11,897 nt of DNA from Candidatus Eiseniibacteriota bacterium (lineage in GTDB: Bacteria; Eisenbacteria; RBG-16-71-46). This document shows, piece by piece, positions 10,163-11,897 of the stretch. How positions within the stretch are numbered: position 1 is the first letter of the stretch; each line of letters opens with the position of its first letter. Made by a program: the position numbers and the translations under genes. The DNA lies in contig JBGAOA010000094.1 in assembly GCA_044222065.1 (NCBI GenBank), positions 1 to 11,897 on the forward strand, written 5' to 3'. The notes under the pieces were generated by a model. That model saw only the letters and a program-made list of their open reading frames with translations. It made no database searches and had not been told where the DNA came from.

Positions 10163-11897
10163 GCGTTCCTCCGCGCGGCGCTGTGGGGGCAGAACTGGCG
10201 GTACGAGCAGTACCCGCAGTTGCGCTGGTCGGGTTTCGCCGGGAATTCGGCGGCGCGGATCCCGGCCGCGGCCTCGGAGACGCGGGCGCGCGCGCGCTCG
10301 AGGTGCTCGGGCTCGACCTCGGCCCGGCCCACGACGCCGGGACCGACGAAGTGCAGTTCGGCCGCGATGGGCATCACCTGCCGGCTCTCGAAGTAGGCGA
10401 GCGCGTACGTGCCGAGCTGCCCGTCCTTCAGGCTGTCCTTCGCGCGCTCGTCCGCCTTGTCCTGCTCCTCGATCTCGCTGCTCTTGTAGTCCACGAGCAC
10501 GATGCCGCCGTCGCGCTCGTCGATCCGGTCCCAGCGCCCGCGCACGAGATCGCGGCCGAGCCGGAAGCGGAACTCGGCCTCGATCGCGAGCGGGGTCACG
10601 CCGCGCGCGAGTTCGCGCGCGACGAAACGCGCGAGCGCGTCGCGGCCCTGCTCGAGCATGCGGTCCTCGTGCTCGCGCGTGAGGAACCCCTCGCTCGACC
10701 ACGCGCCCTCGAACGCGGCGATCACGTCGGCGGTCTCGATCGGCAGTCCGCGGATGCGGTGCTGGTGCCACACCTGGATCGCGTGGTGGATCGCGTTCCC
10801 GTACATGAACGACGGTTCGCTCGCGAGCGGGACGTTCGCGACGTGGGCGTAGAAGTACTTGTAGGGGCAGGTGCGGTAGTCGTCCACCTGCGCGTTCGAG
10901 AGCGTGAGCGGCTGGTCGTCCGGAACGGGGGCGAGCGCCGTCGCCGGCGCCTCGGGCGCGGGCGCGAAGCGCGCGATGGACTCGAGCGCCGAAGCGGCGC
11001 GCGCGCCCTTCGGGGGCGCCGGCAGCGCGAGCGCCTCGAGCACGAAGCGGCTCGGCTTCGCGGCGCGCTTGCCGCCGTAGTCGGCGGCGTGGCACAGCAC
11101 GAGCCGGTCGCGCGCGCGCGTCATCGCGACGTAGAACAGGCGGCGCTCCTCGCGCTCGTGGTCCTCGGCCGCGTCCCCGCGCGCGTGCGACAGCTCGGCC
11201 GGGAACGGCAGCGCGTCGCCGCGGCGCTGGGCCGGGAAGCGGCGCTCGACCAGGTTCACGAGGTACACGACCGGGAACTCGAGCCCCTTCGCGCCGTGCG
11301 CCGAGAGCAGGCTCACGGCGTCGTCGTCGCCGTCGAGTTCGGCGGCCGCCGGGTCGTCGCCCATCTCGATGAGCAGGTCGAGGTGGCGGATGAACTGGTC
11401 CACGCGGTCGCGGTGGAGCAGCGGCCCGACGCGCGCGACGATCCCGAACAGCTTGTTGAGGTTCTGCACCCGCTCCAGGTTCTCGGCGGTGTCCTCCATC
11501 GTGAGCGCGCGGAGCAGTCCGCTCTCGGTCACGAACTCGTACAGCACCTCCGACGTGGGGCGGCGCGCGGCGCTCGCGGCGAGCGCGCGGTGCAGGCCGG
11601 CGAAGCGGCGCACGGCCTCGCGCGTCGCCGCCGCGAGCTCGTCGTCGCGCTCGGCGGCGGCGACCGCGAGCGCGAGCAGGCCGACGTTGCGCGAGCGGGC
11701 GCGCGCGCCGAGACGCGCGAGGTCCACGGCATCGGCGCCGAACAGCGGATCCGCGAGCGCGAGGTACACCGAGGCGCCGTCGTCGGGATCGGCGAGCGCG
11801 CGCAGCACGTTGAGGCACAGCAGCACTTCGGGCCGGCGGTAGAGCCCGCGCGTGCCGACGCGGCGGTAGCGCACGCCGCGCGCGCCGAGCGCGGCCG
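10159..11897 (-). CDS. UvrD/PcrA-like superfamily 1 DNA helicase fused to a C-terminal PD-(D/E)XK nuclease with four-Cys Fe-S motif (AdnAB/AddAB-like); 5' end lies beyond the right edge
   Basis: Frame open to the window edge (AALGARGVRYRRVG...). SF1 motif V LLSAHGAKGLEFPVVYL and motif VI EERRLFYVAMTRARDRL. Nuclease region LSNAQVDDYRTCPYKY, GNAIH, GRWDRID, LVDYKS, QLGTYA, CGYCSYRQFC. The stop TGA overlaps the suhB ATG (ATGA). Confidence 0.93.
   Translation of the reverse strand, partial: AALGARGVRYRRVGTRGLYRRPEVLLCLNVLRALADPDDGASVYLALADPLFGADAVDLARLGARARSRNVGLLALAVAAAERDDELAAATREAVRRFAGLHRALAASAARRPTSEVLYEFVTESGLLRALTMEDTAENLERVQNLNKLFGIVARVGPLLHRDRVDQFIRHLDLLIEMGDDPAAAELDGDDDAVSLLSAHGAKGLEFPVVYLVNLVERRFPAQRRGDALPFPAELSHARGDAAEDHEREERRLFYVAMTRARDRLVLCHAADYGGKRAAKPSRFVLEALALPAPPKGARAASALESIARFAPAPEAPATALAPVPDDQPLTLSNAQVDDYRTCPYKYFYAHVANVPLASEPSFMYGNAIHHAIQVWHQHRIRGLPIETADVIAAFEGAWSSEGFLTREHEDRMLEQGRDALARFVARELARGVTPLAIEAEFRFRLGRDLVRGRWDRIDERDGGIVLVDYKSSEIEEQDKADERAKDSLKDGQLGTYALAYFESRQVMPIAAELHFVGPGVVGRAEVEPEHLERARARVSEAAAGIRAAEFPAKPDQRNCGYCSYRQFCPHSAARRNA

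Noticed and set aside
10159..10910. Cas4-like nuclease suggesting a CRISPR-Cas locus
   Set aside because: The nuclease is fused to a UvrD-type helicase, and no repeat-spacer array or other cas gene is present in the window.
10163..11818. Apparent 814-aa protein fusing a long N-terminal region to the inositol monophosphatase
   Set aside because: The extension is an alternative frame of the helicase gene. The real start is ATG 10162 with a GGAGG SD and ATGA overlap.
1..11897. tRNA, rRNA, IS elements, integrases, CRISPR arrays
   Set aside because: No cloverleaf, terminal inverted repeats, transposase/integrase motifs or regularly spaced repeats were seen. Composition looks uniform, with no sign of recently acquired DNA.

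Overview
Very GC-rich bacterial chromosomal window (roughly 70-75% GC by eye) with eight protein-coding genes and no mobile element, CRISPR array or RNA gene that I can see. Left to right: (1) 5' end of a secreted protein with a possible degenerate DOMON-like N-terminus (minus, runs off the left edge, absent from the ORF track); (2) a large secreted GH13 alpha-amylase-family enzyme with an Ig-like domain, an NHL-type beta-propeller and a FlgD-Ig/T9SS-type-A-like C-terminal domain (CTD); (3) a Cys-less rhodanese fused to a TehB-like SAM methyltransferase (minus); (4) a secreted alpha/beta-hydrolase with a related CTD; (5) a secreted TPR + GWxTD-family protein with a variant signature motif; (6) a single-domain response regulator; (7) an inositol monophosphatase (SuhB family, minus); (8) the 3' part of a UvrD-like helicase fused to a 4-Cys PD-(D/E)XK nuclease (minus, runs off the right edge). 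The gene content and GC suggest an FCB-related lineage such as Candidatus Eisenbacteria (inference only). The best candidates for new biology are the shared LDA-linker + CTD sorting signal on unrelated hydrolases next to a GWxTD protein, and an unusual regulatory layout: overlapping head-to-head transcription of genes 1 and 2, a possible leaderless mini-ORF coupled to gene 3, and recurring promoter motifs. Most long ORFs in the supplied track are GC-driven shadow ORFs.
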